A DNA stretch of 64,000 nucleotides from Alphaproteobacteria bacterium. Its GTDB lineage: Bacteria > Pseudomonadota > Alphaproteobacteria > GCA-2731375. Shown here in pieces: positions 18,960 to 28,176 of this stretch. Both the position numbers and the translations under genes were made by a program. Location: assembly GCA_965232515.1 (NCBI GenBank), contig CBDDPY010000002.1, forward strand, positions 5,984,001-6,048,000, read 5' to 3'. The stretch's first letter is position 1. Each line of letters begins with the position of its first letter. Under the pieces are notes generated by a model. The model was given only the letters and a program-made list of their open reading frames with translations, was not told where the DNA came from and made no database searches.

Positions 18960-19650
18960 AGTTCGCGACATCCATACGTCCTATGGCTTGAGCCAGGTGC
19001 TGTTCGGCATCTCGTTCGACGTGGCGGAAGGCGAGATCGTCTCGCTGATCGGGCGCAACGGTGTCGGTAAGTCGACGACCATGCGCAGCGTCATCGGCCT
19101 GACGCCACCGCGGGCCGGCAGCGTCAGCTGGCTGGGCCGGAACATCACCGGCATGCCGACGCACAGGATCTCGAAGCTGGGCATCGGCTTCGTGCCGGAG
19201 GACCGGCGCATCTTTCCCGACCTCAGCGTCTGGGAGAACCTGGACATCGCCCGCCGGCCGGCGGCGAACGGCGCCGGCTGGGACGAGGAGCGGGTATTCG
19301 AGCTGTTCCCGGATCTGGCCGAGATCCGCGACCGTCGCGGCGGCGTGTTGAGCGGCGGCCAGCAGCAGATGCTGACCATCGCCCGCAGCCTGATGGGCAA
19401 TCCGACACTGCTGCTGCTGGACGAGCCGTCGGAGGGTTTGGCGCCGCTGGTAGTCGAGGCCGTGCGCGACCGCATCGCGCAGCTGAAGCAGTCCGGTTTG
19501 TCGATCGTACTGGCCGAACAGAACCTCGATTTCGTGCTGTCGCTGAGCGACCGGCTGCACATCCTGGAGAAGGGCGAGATCAAGTTCACCGGGACGCCCG
19601 ACGACCTGCGTGCCAGCCCCGAGGTGCTGGAGAAATACCTGACGGTGTGA
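18946..19650 (+). CDS. ABC ATP-binding protein (LivF-like)
   Basis: GRNGVGKST, LSGGQQQM and LLDEPSEGLAP motifs. Confidence 0.93.
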   Translation: MPQLEVRDIHTSYGLSQVLFGISFDVAEGEIVSLIGRNGVGKSTTMRSVIGLTPPRAGSVSWLGRNITGMPTHRISKLGIGFVPEDRRIFPDLSVWENLDIARRPAANGAGWDEERVFELFPDLAEIRDRRGGVLSGGQQQMLTIARSLMGNPTLLLLDEPSEGLAPLVVEAVRDRIAQLKQSGLSIVLAEQNLDFVLSLSDRLHILEKGEIKFTGTPDDLRASPEVLEKYLTV

Positions 19651-19653
19651 GGC

Positions 19654-20451
19654 ATGACGGCGACGGACGATAGCGTGCTGGTGTCCCGTGACGCCGCGCT
19701 CGCCGTGGTCACGCTCAACCGGCCGGACAAGCTCAATCCGCTGGACTGGCCGACGGTGCAACGGCTGAAGGCCGTCGTCGGCGAGCTGGAGGCGGCGGCC
19801 GGGATCCGCGTCGTCATCGTCACCGGCGCCGGCAAGGCGTTTTCCGCCGGCGGGGACCTTACCGGCTATCTCGAGCTCTACCGGCGGCCGGACGACTTCC
19901 ACGCGTTCCTGAATGACTTCTACGATCTCTGCGTCGGCATCGAACGCTCGACCAGGATCTATATCGCGGCCGTCAACGGCGTGACGGTGGCCGGCGGTCT
20001 GGAACTGATGCTGTGCTGCGATCTGGTGCTGGCGGCGGTGGACGCGAAGATCGGCGACGGGCACATCAACTTTGCCCAGGTGCCGGGCGCGGGCGGTTCG
20101 CAGCGATTGCCACGCGCGGTCGGCGCGCTACGGGCAAAACAGCTGATGCTGACGGGCGAGCTGTTGCACGCCGATGCGGCCGCCGACATCGGTCTGGTGA
20201 ACAAGGTGGTGTCGGGCGACGGCCTCATGGACGCCGCGCGGGAACTCGCCGCCGATCTGCTGACGAAAAGCCCGACCGCGCTCAAGGGCATGAAGTATCT
20301 GGTGAACCGGGGCCTGCAGACTGATCTCGACGCCGGCCTGCAGTTGGAGATCGCGTACACCCACAACTATGCGACGGGGGAGCCGGACGCGATGGAAGGC
20401 CTGCGGGCGTTCGCGGAAAAACGCAAACCCATCTTCAAGGACGCCGGCTGA
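19654..20451 (+). CDS. Enoyl-CoA hydratase/isomerase family protein
   Basis: LNRPDKLN, FSAGGDL, AGGLEL and PGAGGSQRLPR motifs. Confidence 0.9.
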   Translation: MTATDDSVLVSRDAALAVVTLNRPDKLNPLDWPTVQRLKAVVGELEAAAGIRVVIVTGAGKAFSAGGDLTGYLELYRRPDDFHAFLNDFYDLCVGIERSTRIYIAAVNGVTVAGGLELMLCCDLVLAAVDAKIGDGHINFAQVPGAGGSQRLPRAVGALRAKQLMLTGELLHADAAADIGLVNKVVSGDGLMDAARELAADLLTKSPTALKGMKYLVNRGLQTDLDAGLQLEIAYTHNYATGEPDAMEGLRAFAEKRKPIFKDAG

Positions 20452-20455
20452 CGTC

Positions 20456-21613
20456 ATGTGGCAACTGCGGGACAAATACGCCATCGCCGGGGTCGGCTAT
20501 ACGGCCTATTCCAGCAATTCCGGCGTCACGGTGCGCGACCTGGCGCTGGAGGCGTGCGGCGGGGCGATGGCGGATGCCGGGCTGACGCCGGCCGACATCG
20601 ATGGCGTCGTCAGCTTCAACTTCAACGACTCGGTGCCGGCGATGGCGGTGGCGACGGGGCTCGGCCTGCCGGGCGCACGCTATGCGATCGACTATCAGGC
20701 CGGCGGCAACGCGGCGAACCTGATCGTGCAGACCGCGGCGATGGCGATCGAGGCGGGCCTCGCGACCAACGTGCTCTGCTATCGCGCCATGAACGGGCGG
20801 TCGGGCTTTCGTCTGGGCGGCGGGCGAGAGCTGGCGGCGCACGGCATCACGCAATACACCGCGCCCTACGGCTGGATCAGCTATCCGCAGGCCATGGCCA
20901 TGTGGTGCCGGCGCCACATGATCGAGTACGGCACCACCAGCGAACAGCTCGGCGCGGTGGCCGTCACCTGCCGGCGGAACGCGGCGCTGAACGAACGGGC
21001 CATGCAGCGGCAGCCGATCACACTCGACGATCATCAGGCCTCGCGCATGATCGTGGAGCCGTTCCACCTGCTGGACATCTGTCTGGAGACCGACGGCGCC
21101 TGCGCCGTGCTGGTGACCTCGGCCGAGCGCGCCCGCGACCTGGCGCAGAGGCCGGTCTACATCATGGGCGCGGCCTATGGCGGCGGGCCGAACCAGGGCG
21201 ACGACCTGTTCGACGCCATGCGCTGGCCCGACCACAGCCACAACTATGCGCGCTATATCGCCGACGACCTCTGGGCCAGCGCCGGCGTCGGGCCGGACGA
21301 CGTCGACGTGGCCGAGATCTACGACTGCTTCACCTACAGCGTGATCATGCAGTTGGAGGGCCTGGGCTTCTGCAAGCCGGGCGAGGGCGGCGCCTTCGTG
21401 CAGGACGGCCGCATCGACCGCGACGGTGCCTTGCCGGTCAACACCCATGGCGGCCTGCTGTCGGAAGCCTATATCCATGGCCTCAACCACGTGGTCGAGG
21501 CGGTCGAGCAGTTGCGCGGACAGGCCGGCACGCGGCAGGTCGACGGCGCCGAGATCGCGCTGACCACGGCCGGCGCCATGACCTGCGGCGGCGCCATGGT
21601 CTTGCGGAATTGA
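20456..21613 (+). CDS. SCP2-type thiolase-fold protein, probable Ltp2-like retro-aldolase
   Basis: DICLETDG, EIYDCFT and NTHGGLLSEAYIHG motifs; no Cys at the usual nucleophile loop (AGGNAA); followed by DUF35. Confidence 0.85.
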   Translation: MWQLRDKYAIAGVGYTAYSSNSGVTVRDLALEACGGAMADAGLTPADIDGVVSFNFNDSVPAMAVATGLGLPGARYAIDYQAGGNAANLIVQTAAMAIEAGLATNVLCYRAMNGRSGFRLGGGRELAAHGITQYTAPYGWISYPQAMAMWCRRHMIEYGTTSEQLGAVAVTCRRNAALNERAMQRQPITLDDHQASRMIVEPFHLLDICLETDGACAVLVTSAERARDLAQRPVYIMGAAYGGGPNQGDDLFDAMRWPDHSHNYARYIADDLWASAGVGPDDVDVAEIYDCFTYSVIMQLEGLGFCKPGEGGAFVQDGRIDRDGALPVNTHGGLLSEAYIHGLNHVVEAVEQLRGQAGTRQVDGAEIALTTAGAMTCGGAMVLRN

Positions 21614-21617
21614 GGCG

Positions 21618-22034
21618 ATGACGGTTTACGGCAAACCGGTGCCGGCGCCCGATGCCGACAGCGCGCCATACTGGCAGGGCTGTCGCGAGCACCGGCTGCT
21701 GATCCAGAAATGCGGCGGCTGCGGCGCGGTTCGCTTTCCGCCTGCTGGTTTGTGTCCGGACTGCGGTTCGGCCGCGCACGACTGGATCGCGACGAGCGGT
21801 CAGGGCCGAGTCTATAGCTGGATCGTCGTCACGCATCCCGTGCCGAAGGACATCTATGCCGGCGACGTGCCGTACGTGGTCGCGCTGGTCGAACTGGAAG
21901 AAGGCGTGCGGCTGCCGACCAACATCGTCGCGTGCGATCCGCACGACGTGACGGCCGACATGCCGGTCGAGGTGGTGTTCGACGATGTCGATGACACGCT
22001 GACCTTGCCGAAGTTCCGACCCTTGTCGGACTGA
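21618..22034 (+). CDS. Zn-ribbon OB-fold protein (DUF35)
   Basis: CGGC...CPDC Zn ribbon, PYVVALVELEEG. Confidence 0.92.
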   Translation: MTVYGKPVPAPDADSAPYWQGCREHRLLIQKCGGCGAVRFPPAGLCPDCGSAAHDWIATSGQGRVYSWIVVTHPVPKDIYAGDVPYVVALVELEEGVRLPTNIVACDPHDVTADMPVEVVFDDVDDTLTLPKFRPLSD

Positions 22035-22047
22035 GACGGAGGTTTTC

Positions 22048-22668
22048 ATGGCCTGGACACTGACGCCGGCCGAAGCGGCGCTGCTGATCGTCGACATGCA
22101 GAACGACTTCGTGCGTGTCGGGGCGCCGCTGGAGGTGCCGGATGCGCGTGACACCATTCCGGCGCACCGAGCGCTGATCGAGGCGTTTCGCGCCGCCGGG
22201 CGGCCGGTAATTTACACGCGGTTCCTGTCGCGGCCCGAGGAATACCTGCTGTGGGAATGGTCGCCGCAATGCCGGCCGCCGACCAAGTGCTGCTGGAAGG
22301 GGCATCGGCGCGGCTATGGCGACATCGACGGCGAGCGCGATTGCAGCGCGGTGATCGACGAACTGGAACCGCTGCCGGACGACCTTCAGGTCGAGAAGTA
22401 CGGCTATGGCGCGTTTCATGACACCGATCTCGATGCGCGGCTGCGGGCGTTGGGCGTGACCGAACTGGTGGTCACCGGGACAGTCACGCAGATATGCGTC
22501 GAGGAGACGGCGCGGGAAGCGTTCCACTACGGCTATCGCACGACGATGGTCGCGGACGCGGTGTCGTCCTTCGATCCGGAGCTGCACGCGGCGACGCTGA
22601 AGAACTTCGCGATGAAGTTTGGGTGGGTGGCGGTGGCGGGCGAGGTCTGCGAGCGGATGAGGCGTTAG
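22048..22668 (+). CDS. Cysteine hydrolase (isochorismatase family)
   Basis: VDMQNDF, VEKYGYGAF and GTVTQICV carry the Asp-Lys-Cys triad. Confidence 0.9.
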   Translation: MAWTLTPAEAALLIVDMQNDFVRVGAPLEVPDARDTIPAHRALIEAFRAAGRPVIYTRFLSRPEEYLLWEWSPQCRPPTKCCWKGHRRGYGDIDGERDCSAVIDELEPLPDDLQVEKYGYGAFHDTDLDARLRALGVTELVVTGTVTQICVEETAREAFHYGYRTTMVADAVSSFDPELHAATLKNFAMKFGWVAVAGEVCERMRR

Positions 22669-22706
22669 AGGTTCTCCTGCGATCCGCAGGTTTTGGCAAC
22701 TCAGTT

Positions 22707-22831
22707 GCCCTCACCCCAACCCTCTCCCGCAAGCGGGAGAGGGGGCCGCCACTACTTCGAAATAGTTACCCCTCTCCCGTTTACGGGAGAGGGAGGGACC
22801 CGCGAGCGTCAGCTCGTGGGAGGGTGAGGGC
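22707..22831. repeat. REP-like palindromic intergenic element, copy C
   Basis: Left arm identical to copy B; right arm GAGGGACCCGCGAGCGTCAGCTCG...GAGGGTGAGGGC shared with copy A. Confidence 0.9.
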
Positions 22832-22837
22832 GACGAC

Positions 22838-23896
22838 TTACGGGCACTCGCCGGTATAGGCCGCCTGTAACATCGCGCGCACCCCGGCGATGTCGAGCGG
22901 CCGGGGGTTGTACTTCGTGTGCTCGACGACGAGGGCGGCGGCGCGGTCGAGGTCGTGTTCGCTGAGGCCGAGATCGGCGAGGCGCATGGGCACGCCCATG
23001 CCGGCGGCGAGGTCGTAGATCGCCGTCGCAGTATTTTCCGCACCCATGGCGTGGGCGACGCGGGCCAGCGGTTCGGCGGCGGCCTCGGCATTGAACTTGG
23101 CGGCGTGCGGCAGGATGACCGAATTGGCCTCGCCGTGGCCGATGCCGAAGGTGCCGCCGAGCACGTGGCAGGTGGCGTGGTGCACGGCGACGCCGGTGAC
23201 GCCGATGACGGTGCCGGCGAGATAGGCGCCGTAGAGCGCGTCCTCGCGCGCGGACAAATCGTTCGGGTCGCGCACGGCCGCCGGTAAGCCTTTGGTCAGG
23301 TGGCGGATGCCGGCCTCGGCGAACATCCCGATCACCGGGTTCGGGGTTTCGGCGTAGAGCGCTTCGACGCAGTGCGCGAGCGCGTTCATGCCGCTGGGGC
23401 CGGTGACGTCGGGCGGCACGCCGACATGCAGGCCGGGATCGTAGATCACCAGCTTGGGCAGCACGCGCAGGTCGCGGACCACCCGCTTGACGCCGTCGCG
23501 GGTGATGCCGATCAGCGGCGTCATCTCTGAGCCGGAATAGGTCGTTGGGATGGCGATGGCGTCGATACCGTCGACCGCTAGCGCCGTGGTCTTGGCGAGG
23601 CCCACCGCGCCGCCGCCGCCGATCGCGACGGCGCAATCGACGCCGCGGTCGCGGGCGAGGTCGGCGATTTCGTCCACCAGTTCGCCTGGCGTGTGCGCCA
23701 CGACGCCGTGGACGTGGCCGGCGCCGCGCTCGCCGAGCGCCGCGAGGCGCTCGGCCACCCAGTCGCGCCAGCGGGGGCTAGCGATGAACAGCACGCGCCG
23801 GCGGCCGAGCCGGTCCAGTTCCTCGAGTAGCCGCTCGGCCCCGCCGGTCTCGAAGACGACGCGGCCCGGCAGGATGTCGTAGGTGAACGGCTGCAC
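22838..23896 (-). CDS. Maleylacetate reductase (iron-containing alcohol dehydrogenase family)
   Basis: PTTYSGSEMT, SGMNALAHCVEALY and HHATCHVLGGTF motifs; GTG start. Confidence 0.85.
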   Translation of the reverse strand: MQPFTYDILPGRVVFETGGAERLLEELDRLGRRRVLFIASPRWRDWVAERLAALGERGAGHVHGVVAHTPGELVDEIADLARDRGVDCAVAIGGGGAVGLAKTTALAVDGIDAIAIPTTYSGSEMTPLIGITRDGVKRVVRDLRVLPKLVIYDPGLHVGVPPDVTGPSGMNALAHCVEALYAETPNPVIGMFAEAGIRHLTKGLPAAVRDPNDLSAREDALYGAYLAGTVIGVTGVAVHHATCHVLGGTFGIGHGEANSVILPHAAKFNAEAAAEPLARVAHAMGAENTATAIYDLAAGMGVPMRLADLGLSEHDLDRAAALVVEHTKYNPRPLDIAGVRAMLQAAYTGECP

Positions 23897-23901
23897 GAAC
23901 G

Positions 23902-25092
23902 CTATTCCGCCGGGACGGCGCTGACCTGCTTGGGCTTCGCCCCCGGCAGGGTGAGGGCGGCCAGGAACTCCATGGCCCCAACGACGGCCAGCACGGCGAA
24001 CAGCGTCGCGAAGCCGGTGGTCTCGTGCATGATGCCGACAAGCGGTACGGCCGACGCGCTGACGCCGAGCGCGAAGACGTACTTGAAGGCATAGACCCGG
24101 CTGCGCCAGGCGCTGACGCTGTGCCGGGCGATCAGCGCGTCGTTGATGGGGATCAGGCCGAAGACCACGCTCATCATGATCAGCGCCGTCGCGAACATCG
24201 GCAGGTCGACGAACTGTACGACAAGGAACAAGAGCGGCACCTGGAAGAAGGTCAGCACCACGAAGACCGGCTTGATGGCGTAGCGGTCGATCAGGTGGCC
24301 GACGGCGATTTGTGTAAATGCGGCGACGGCGAAGACGATGCCGACGATCAGGCCGACGTCGGAGGCGCTGTCGGCGAGGCCGCGGGCCTGCTCTTCGACG
24401 ACCTTCGGCAGCGAGACGGTGGTGGCCTGGAAGATCAGGCCGCCCAGCAGCGTCGCGGCGCCGATCACGGCGAAGACCCGGATCAGGACGGCGCGGTCCA
24501 GGACGGGGTCGGGCGCGGCGGCTTTCTTTGCGCCGCCATGACGGCCGTCGGCACGGGCGAACGCGAGGAACAGAACGCCGACGACGACGGAGACGACGCC
24601 CGGTACAATAAAGGCGGCCCGCCAGCTGATCAGGTCGATGAGAAAGCCGGTGATCAGGCCGGCGCCGGCGACGCCCATATTGCCGAACACGCCGTTGATG
24701 CCGAGCACGCGGCCGACCTTCTCGCGACCCTCGACGACCATGGCGATGCCGACGGGGTGGTAGATCGAGGCGAAGATACCGATCAGCAGCAGGCCGCCGC
24801 CGACCTGCAGCGGCGTCTGGGCGAAGCCGGTGACGATCGAAGCCAGACCGATGCCGATGAAGAACACCACCATCATGCCGTCGCGGCTCCAGCGGTCGCC
24901 GAGCCAGCCGGCCGGCAGCGCGCCGGCGCCGAAGGCGACGAATCCGGCGGTCGCCAGCGGCAGCAGGGCGCCATAGGTGGTGTCGAACTCCACCACCATT
25001 GCCAGCACGGCGGTGGCGAAGATCAGCATGAACAGATGATCGAAGAAATGGCCGGCGTTGAGAAACAGCAGCCGGATGACACTCCGGTCCAT
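23902..25092 (-). CDS. MFS transporter
   Basis: About 12 TM segments, GWLGDRWSR and IYHPVG motifs; start trimmed to ATG 25092. Confidence 0.9.
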   Translation of the reverse strand: MDRSVIRLLFLNAGHFFDHLFMLIFATAVLAMVVEFDTTYGALLPLATAGFVAFGAGALPAGWLGDRWSRDGMMVVFFIGIGLASIVTGFAQTPLQVGGGLLLIGIFASIYHPVGIAMVVEGREKVGRVLGINGVFGNMGVAGAGLITGFLIDLISWRAAFIVPGVVSVVVGVLFLAFARADGRHGGAKKAAAPDPVLDRAVLIRVFAVIGAATLLGGLIFQATTVSLPKVVEEQARGLADSASDVGLIVGIVFAVAAFTQIAVGHLIDRYAIKPVFVVLTFFQVPLLFLVVQFVDLPMFATALIMMSVVFGLIPINDALIARHSVSAWRSRVYAFKYVFALGVSASAVPLVGIMHETTGFATLFAVLAVVGAMEFLAALTLPGAKPKQVSAVPAE

Positions 25093-25275
25093 GGCGCGCG
25101 CCCCTTGTTGTTGCCCCATTGTCGGCCAGTTTGCCGGAATTCGGAACGGCGATCTCGCGGCATCATGCCAATAAATATCGCGTTTCCGCCAAACCTGTTG
25201 TTTCCGGCCGCGCGCCGTTCCGCGATAGAATGCCGGCGGGACCCAATCAGGCAACGGATGCGGCGGAGGAATGAC

Positions 25276-26130
25276 ATGGCGTATGAGACCATCGAGGTGC
25301 GGCCGATCGCGGGCGCGTTGGGCGCCGAGGTATCCGGCGCCGATCTGTCGGCCCCGCTCGGCAACCAGGTCTTCGCCGAGATCCATCAGGCATTTCTCGA
25401 CTATCAGGTGGTCTTTTTTCGTGACCAGACGCTGACGCCCGAGCAGCAGAAGACGTTTACCCGCCGCTTCGGCCCGTTCGGCGAAACGCCGTTCGTCACG
25501 ACATTGCCCGACCATCCCGAGATCATCGAGGTGGTGAAGGAGACGGACGACCGCACGGCCTACAATTTCGGCGGCAACTGGCATTCCGATTTCAGCTTCC
25601 AGCCGCAGCCGCCGATGGCGACGGTGCTCTATAGCCGCGAGGTGCCGCCCTATGGCGGCGATACGCTGTTCGCCAACATGTATCTCGCCTACGAGACGCT
25701 GACGCCGGGCATGCGGCGTATCGCCGACGATCTGATCGGCATCCACAGCGCGCGGCGGTCCTATTCGCCGGCCGCGCAATACCAGCACGACCAGCTGAGC
25801 GCCATGGAGGTCAAGACCGACGACAGCGCCTATGAGACGGTCGAGCATCCCGTCGTGCGCACGCACCCGGAGACGGGGCGCAAGGCGCTGTTCATCAACA
25901 AGGTCTACACGGTCGGCCTGAAGGGTTTTTCAAAGACCGAGGGCGCGGCCCTGCTCGACCTGCTCTGCCGGCATGCCGAGCGGCCGGAGCTGACCTGCCG
26001 GTTTTCCTGGACCCAGGGCGCGCTCGCCATGTGGGACAATCGCTGTGTCCAGCACTTCGCCGTCAACGACTACGACGGCTACCGCCGGGTCATGCACCGC
26101 ACCACGATCGCCGGCGAGCCGCCGGTCTGA
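25276..26130 (+). CDS. TauD/TfdA family Fe(II)/2-oxoglutarate dioxygenase
   Basis: WHSD, GGDTLFAN, HPVVRTHPETG and WDNRCVQH motifs; GGAGG RBS. Confidence 0.93.
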   Translation: MAYETIEVRPIAGALGAEVSGADLSAPLGNQVFAEIHQAFLDYQVVFFRDQTLTPEQQKTFTRRFGPFGETPFVTTLPDHPEIIEVVKETDDRTAYNFGGNWHSDFSFQPQPPMATVLYSREVPPYGGDTLFANMYLAYETLTPGMRRIADDLIGIHSARRSYSPAAQYQHDQLSAMEVKTDDSAYETVEHPVVRTHPETGRKALFINKVYTVGLKGFSKTEGAALLDLLCRHAERPELTCRFSWTQGALAMWDNRCVQHFAVNDYDGYRRVMHRTTIAGEPPV

Positions 26131-26133
26131 CCT

Positions 26134-26604
26134 GTGTCAGATGGGATCGATGTCCGCGATCTCGCCGACCGCCCCGACGACGTGCCGACATTCGCGGCCT
26201 GGCTGAACCGGGAGTGGGGTCATCACGGCGGTCTCACGCTTGCCGACAGTGCGGCGCGGCTGCGCGGCTATCTGAACCGGGATCGCATACCGCTGGCGCT
26301 GGCGGCTTATGTCGGCGGCCAGCCGGCTGGGATCGTCATTCTGCGGGACCATGACCTCGCCAGCCGGCCCGATTTGAAGCCCTGGCTCAGCTCGCTGTTC
26401 GTGGCGCCCGAATTCCGCCGGCAGGGCGTCGGTTCGGCCTTGATGCGGGCCGCCGAGGCGCGGGCGCGGCGTATCGGCCTCGACGGCCTCTATCTCTACA
26501 CGCGTCACCAGGTGGCGCTCTACGGCAGCCTCGGCTGGGAAATCATCGGCGAGGAAGAGGACGGTGGCCGGCCCACAACGCTGATGCAAAAACCATTGTG
26601 CTGA
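26134..26604 (+). CDS. GNAT family N-acetyltransferase
   Basis: PWLSSLFVAPEFRRQGVG and LYGSLGW motifs. Confidence 0.88.
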   Translation: MSDGIDVRDLADRPDDVPTFAAWLNREWGHHGGLTLADSAARLRGYLNRDRIPLALAAYVGGQPAGIVILRDHDLASRPDLKPWLSSLFVAPEFRRQGVGSALMRAAEARARRIGLDGLYLYTRHQVALYGSLGWEIIGEEEDGGRPTTLMQKPLC

Positions 26605-26608
26605 CGTT

Positions 26609-28156
26609 TCAGGGGCGGGTGCCGAAGGACGGGCGGCCGGGTGTGCGCAGCGGCGCGGCGAGGTTGGCGAACTCGCAGAGCAGCGGCCTTGTGTCGCGGG
26701 GGTCGATGATTTCCTCGGCCATGAAGCTCTCGGCGGTACGGAACGGCGAGCGGAACTGGTCGAGGCGGGCTTCGATCTCGGCCAGTTTCGCGGCGGGATC
26801 GTCGGCGGCCTCGAGTTCGGCCTTGTAGGCGGCTTCCAGGCCGCCGGCGATGGGCAGCGAGCCCCAATCGCCCGACGGCCAGGCGTAACGCAGATTGAAG
26901 CGGCCGCTGTTCATGTGCGCGGCGCCGGCGACGCCGTAGACCTTGCGCACCAGCACCGCGCACCAGGGCACGGTCGCCTGGAACACTGCCGTCATGGCGC
27001 GGACGCCGTGGCGGATGGTGGCGGCTTCTTCCGCCTCGCGGCCGATCATGAATCCCGGAATGTCGACGAGATGCGCGACCGGCAAATGAAACGTCTCGGC
27101 CAGGTCGACAAAGCGCATGACCTTCTGGGCCGCGTCCGCCGACCAGGCGCCGCCGGCGAAATAGGGATCGCTCGCCATCACCGCGACCGGCCAGCCGTCG
27201 AGCCGGGCGAGGCCGGTGATCACCGACCGGCCCCACAGGCGGCCGATCTCCATGAACGAGCCGGCGTCGACCAGGGCCTCGACGATGCGGCGCATCTTGT
27301 AGACCTTGCGGGGGTCGCGCGGGATCGCGTCGATCAGCCAGTCCTCGCGGCGGCCGGGATCGTCGGTCGGCTCGACGCGCGGTGGCAGGTCGTGGACCGA
27401 CGCCGGCAGGTAGGAGAGGAAGCGGCGGGCGCGTTCGAAGGCGTCGGCCTCGCTCTCGGCCTCGTCGTCGACGGCGCCGTTGCGGGTGTGGATCTCGGCG
27501 CCGCCGAGCGCATTCTTGTCCAGGTCCTCGCCGACGCGAGCCACCACCGGCGGGCCGGCGACGAACATCTGCGAGGTCTCGCGCACCATCACCGAATAGT
27601 GGCTGGCGGCGACGCGGGCGGCGCCGAGGCCGGCGACCGAGCCGAGCGCCAGCGCCACGACCGGCACGGTCGACAGATTGTCGACGACCACGTCCCAGCC
27701 GCGCACGGCGGGGATATAGGTGCGGCCCGCCATCTCGATGGTCTTGACCGAGCCGCCGCCGCCGGTGCCGTCGACCAGCCGCACCATGGGCAGGCGCAGC
27801 TCGTTCGACATCTTCTCGACCTGGATCAGCTTCTCGCGGATGCCGGCATCGTTGGCGCCGCCGCGCACGGTGAAGTCGTCGCCGGCGATGACCACGGGCC
27901 GGCCGTCAAGCCGGGCCCGGCCGGTAGTCAGATTGGCCGGCTGGAACTCGGTCAGCTCTCCGGCGTCGTCGTAGGTGGCCTTGCCGGCGATGGCGCCGGT
28001 TTCATGGAAGCTGCCGGGATCGACCAGGGCGTCGACCCGCTCGCGCACGGTCAGCTTGCCGGCGTTGCGGTGCCGCGCGACCTTTTCGGGGCCGCCCATT
28101 TCGGCGGCAAGGCGCTCGCGCCGGCGCAGTTCGTCGATCTCGGATTGCCAGCTCAT
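26609..28156 (-). CDS. Acyl-CoA carboxylase carboxyltransferase subunit
   Basis: GKLTVRERV, DFTVRGG, FVAGPPVV, VDIPGF and IIDPRDTR motifs. Confidence 0.9.
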   Translation of the reverse strand: MSWQSEIDELRRRERLAAEMGGPEKVARHRNAGKLTVRERVDALVDPGSFHETGAIAGKATYDDAGELTEFQPANLTTGRARLDGRPVVIAGDDFTVRGGANDAGIREKLIQVEKMSNELRLPMVRLVDGTGGGGSVKTIEMAGRTYIPAVRGWDVVVDNLSTVPVVALALGSVAGLGAARVAASHYSVMVRETSQMFVAGPPVVARVGEDLDKNALGGAEIHTRNGAVDDEAESEADAFERARRFLSYLPASVHDLPPRVEPTDDPGRREDWLIDAIPRDPRKVYKMRRIVEALVDAGSFMEIGRLWGRSVITGLARLDGWPVAVMASDPYFAGGAWSADAAQKVMRFVDLAETFHLPVAHLVDIPGFMIGREAEEAATIRHGVRAMTAVFQATVPWCAVLVRKVYGVAGAAHMNSGRFNLRYAWPSGDWGSLPIAGGLEAAYKAELEAADDPAAKLAEIEARLDQFRSPFRTAESFMAEEIIDPRDTRPLLCEFANLAAPLRTPGRPSFGTRP

Positions 28157-28176
28157 GGCGGCCTCGGCCTCTGAAT

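Noticed and set aside
6505-22831. The palindromic repeats as a CRISPR array
   Set aside because: The copies are dispersed kilobases apart, have no regular repeat-spacer period, and no cas genes are present
23902-26130. 654-aa and 701-aa overlapping ORFs suggesting MFS or TauD fusions
   Set aside because: The N-terminal extensions are antisense read-through; the real starts are 25092 (-) and 25276 (+)
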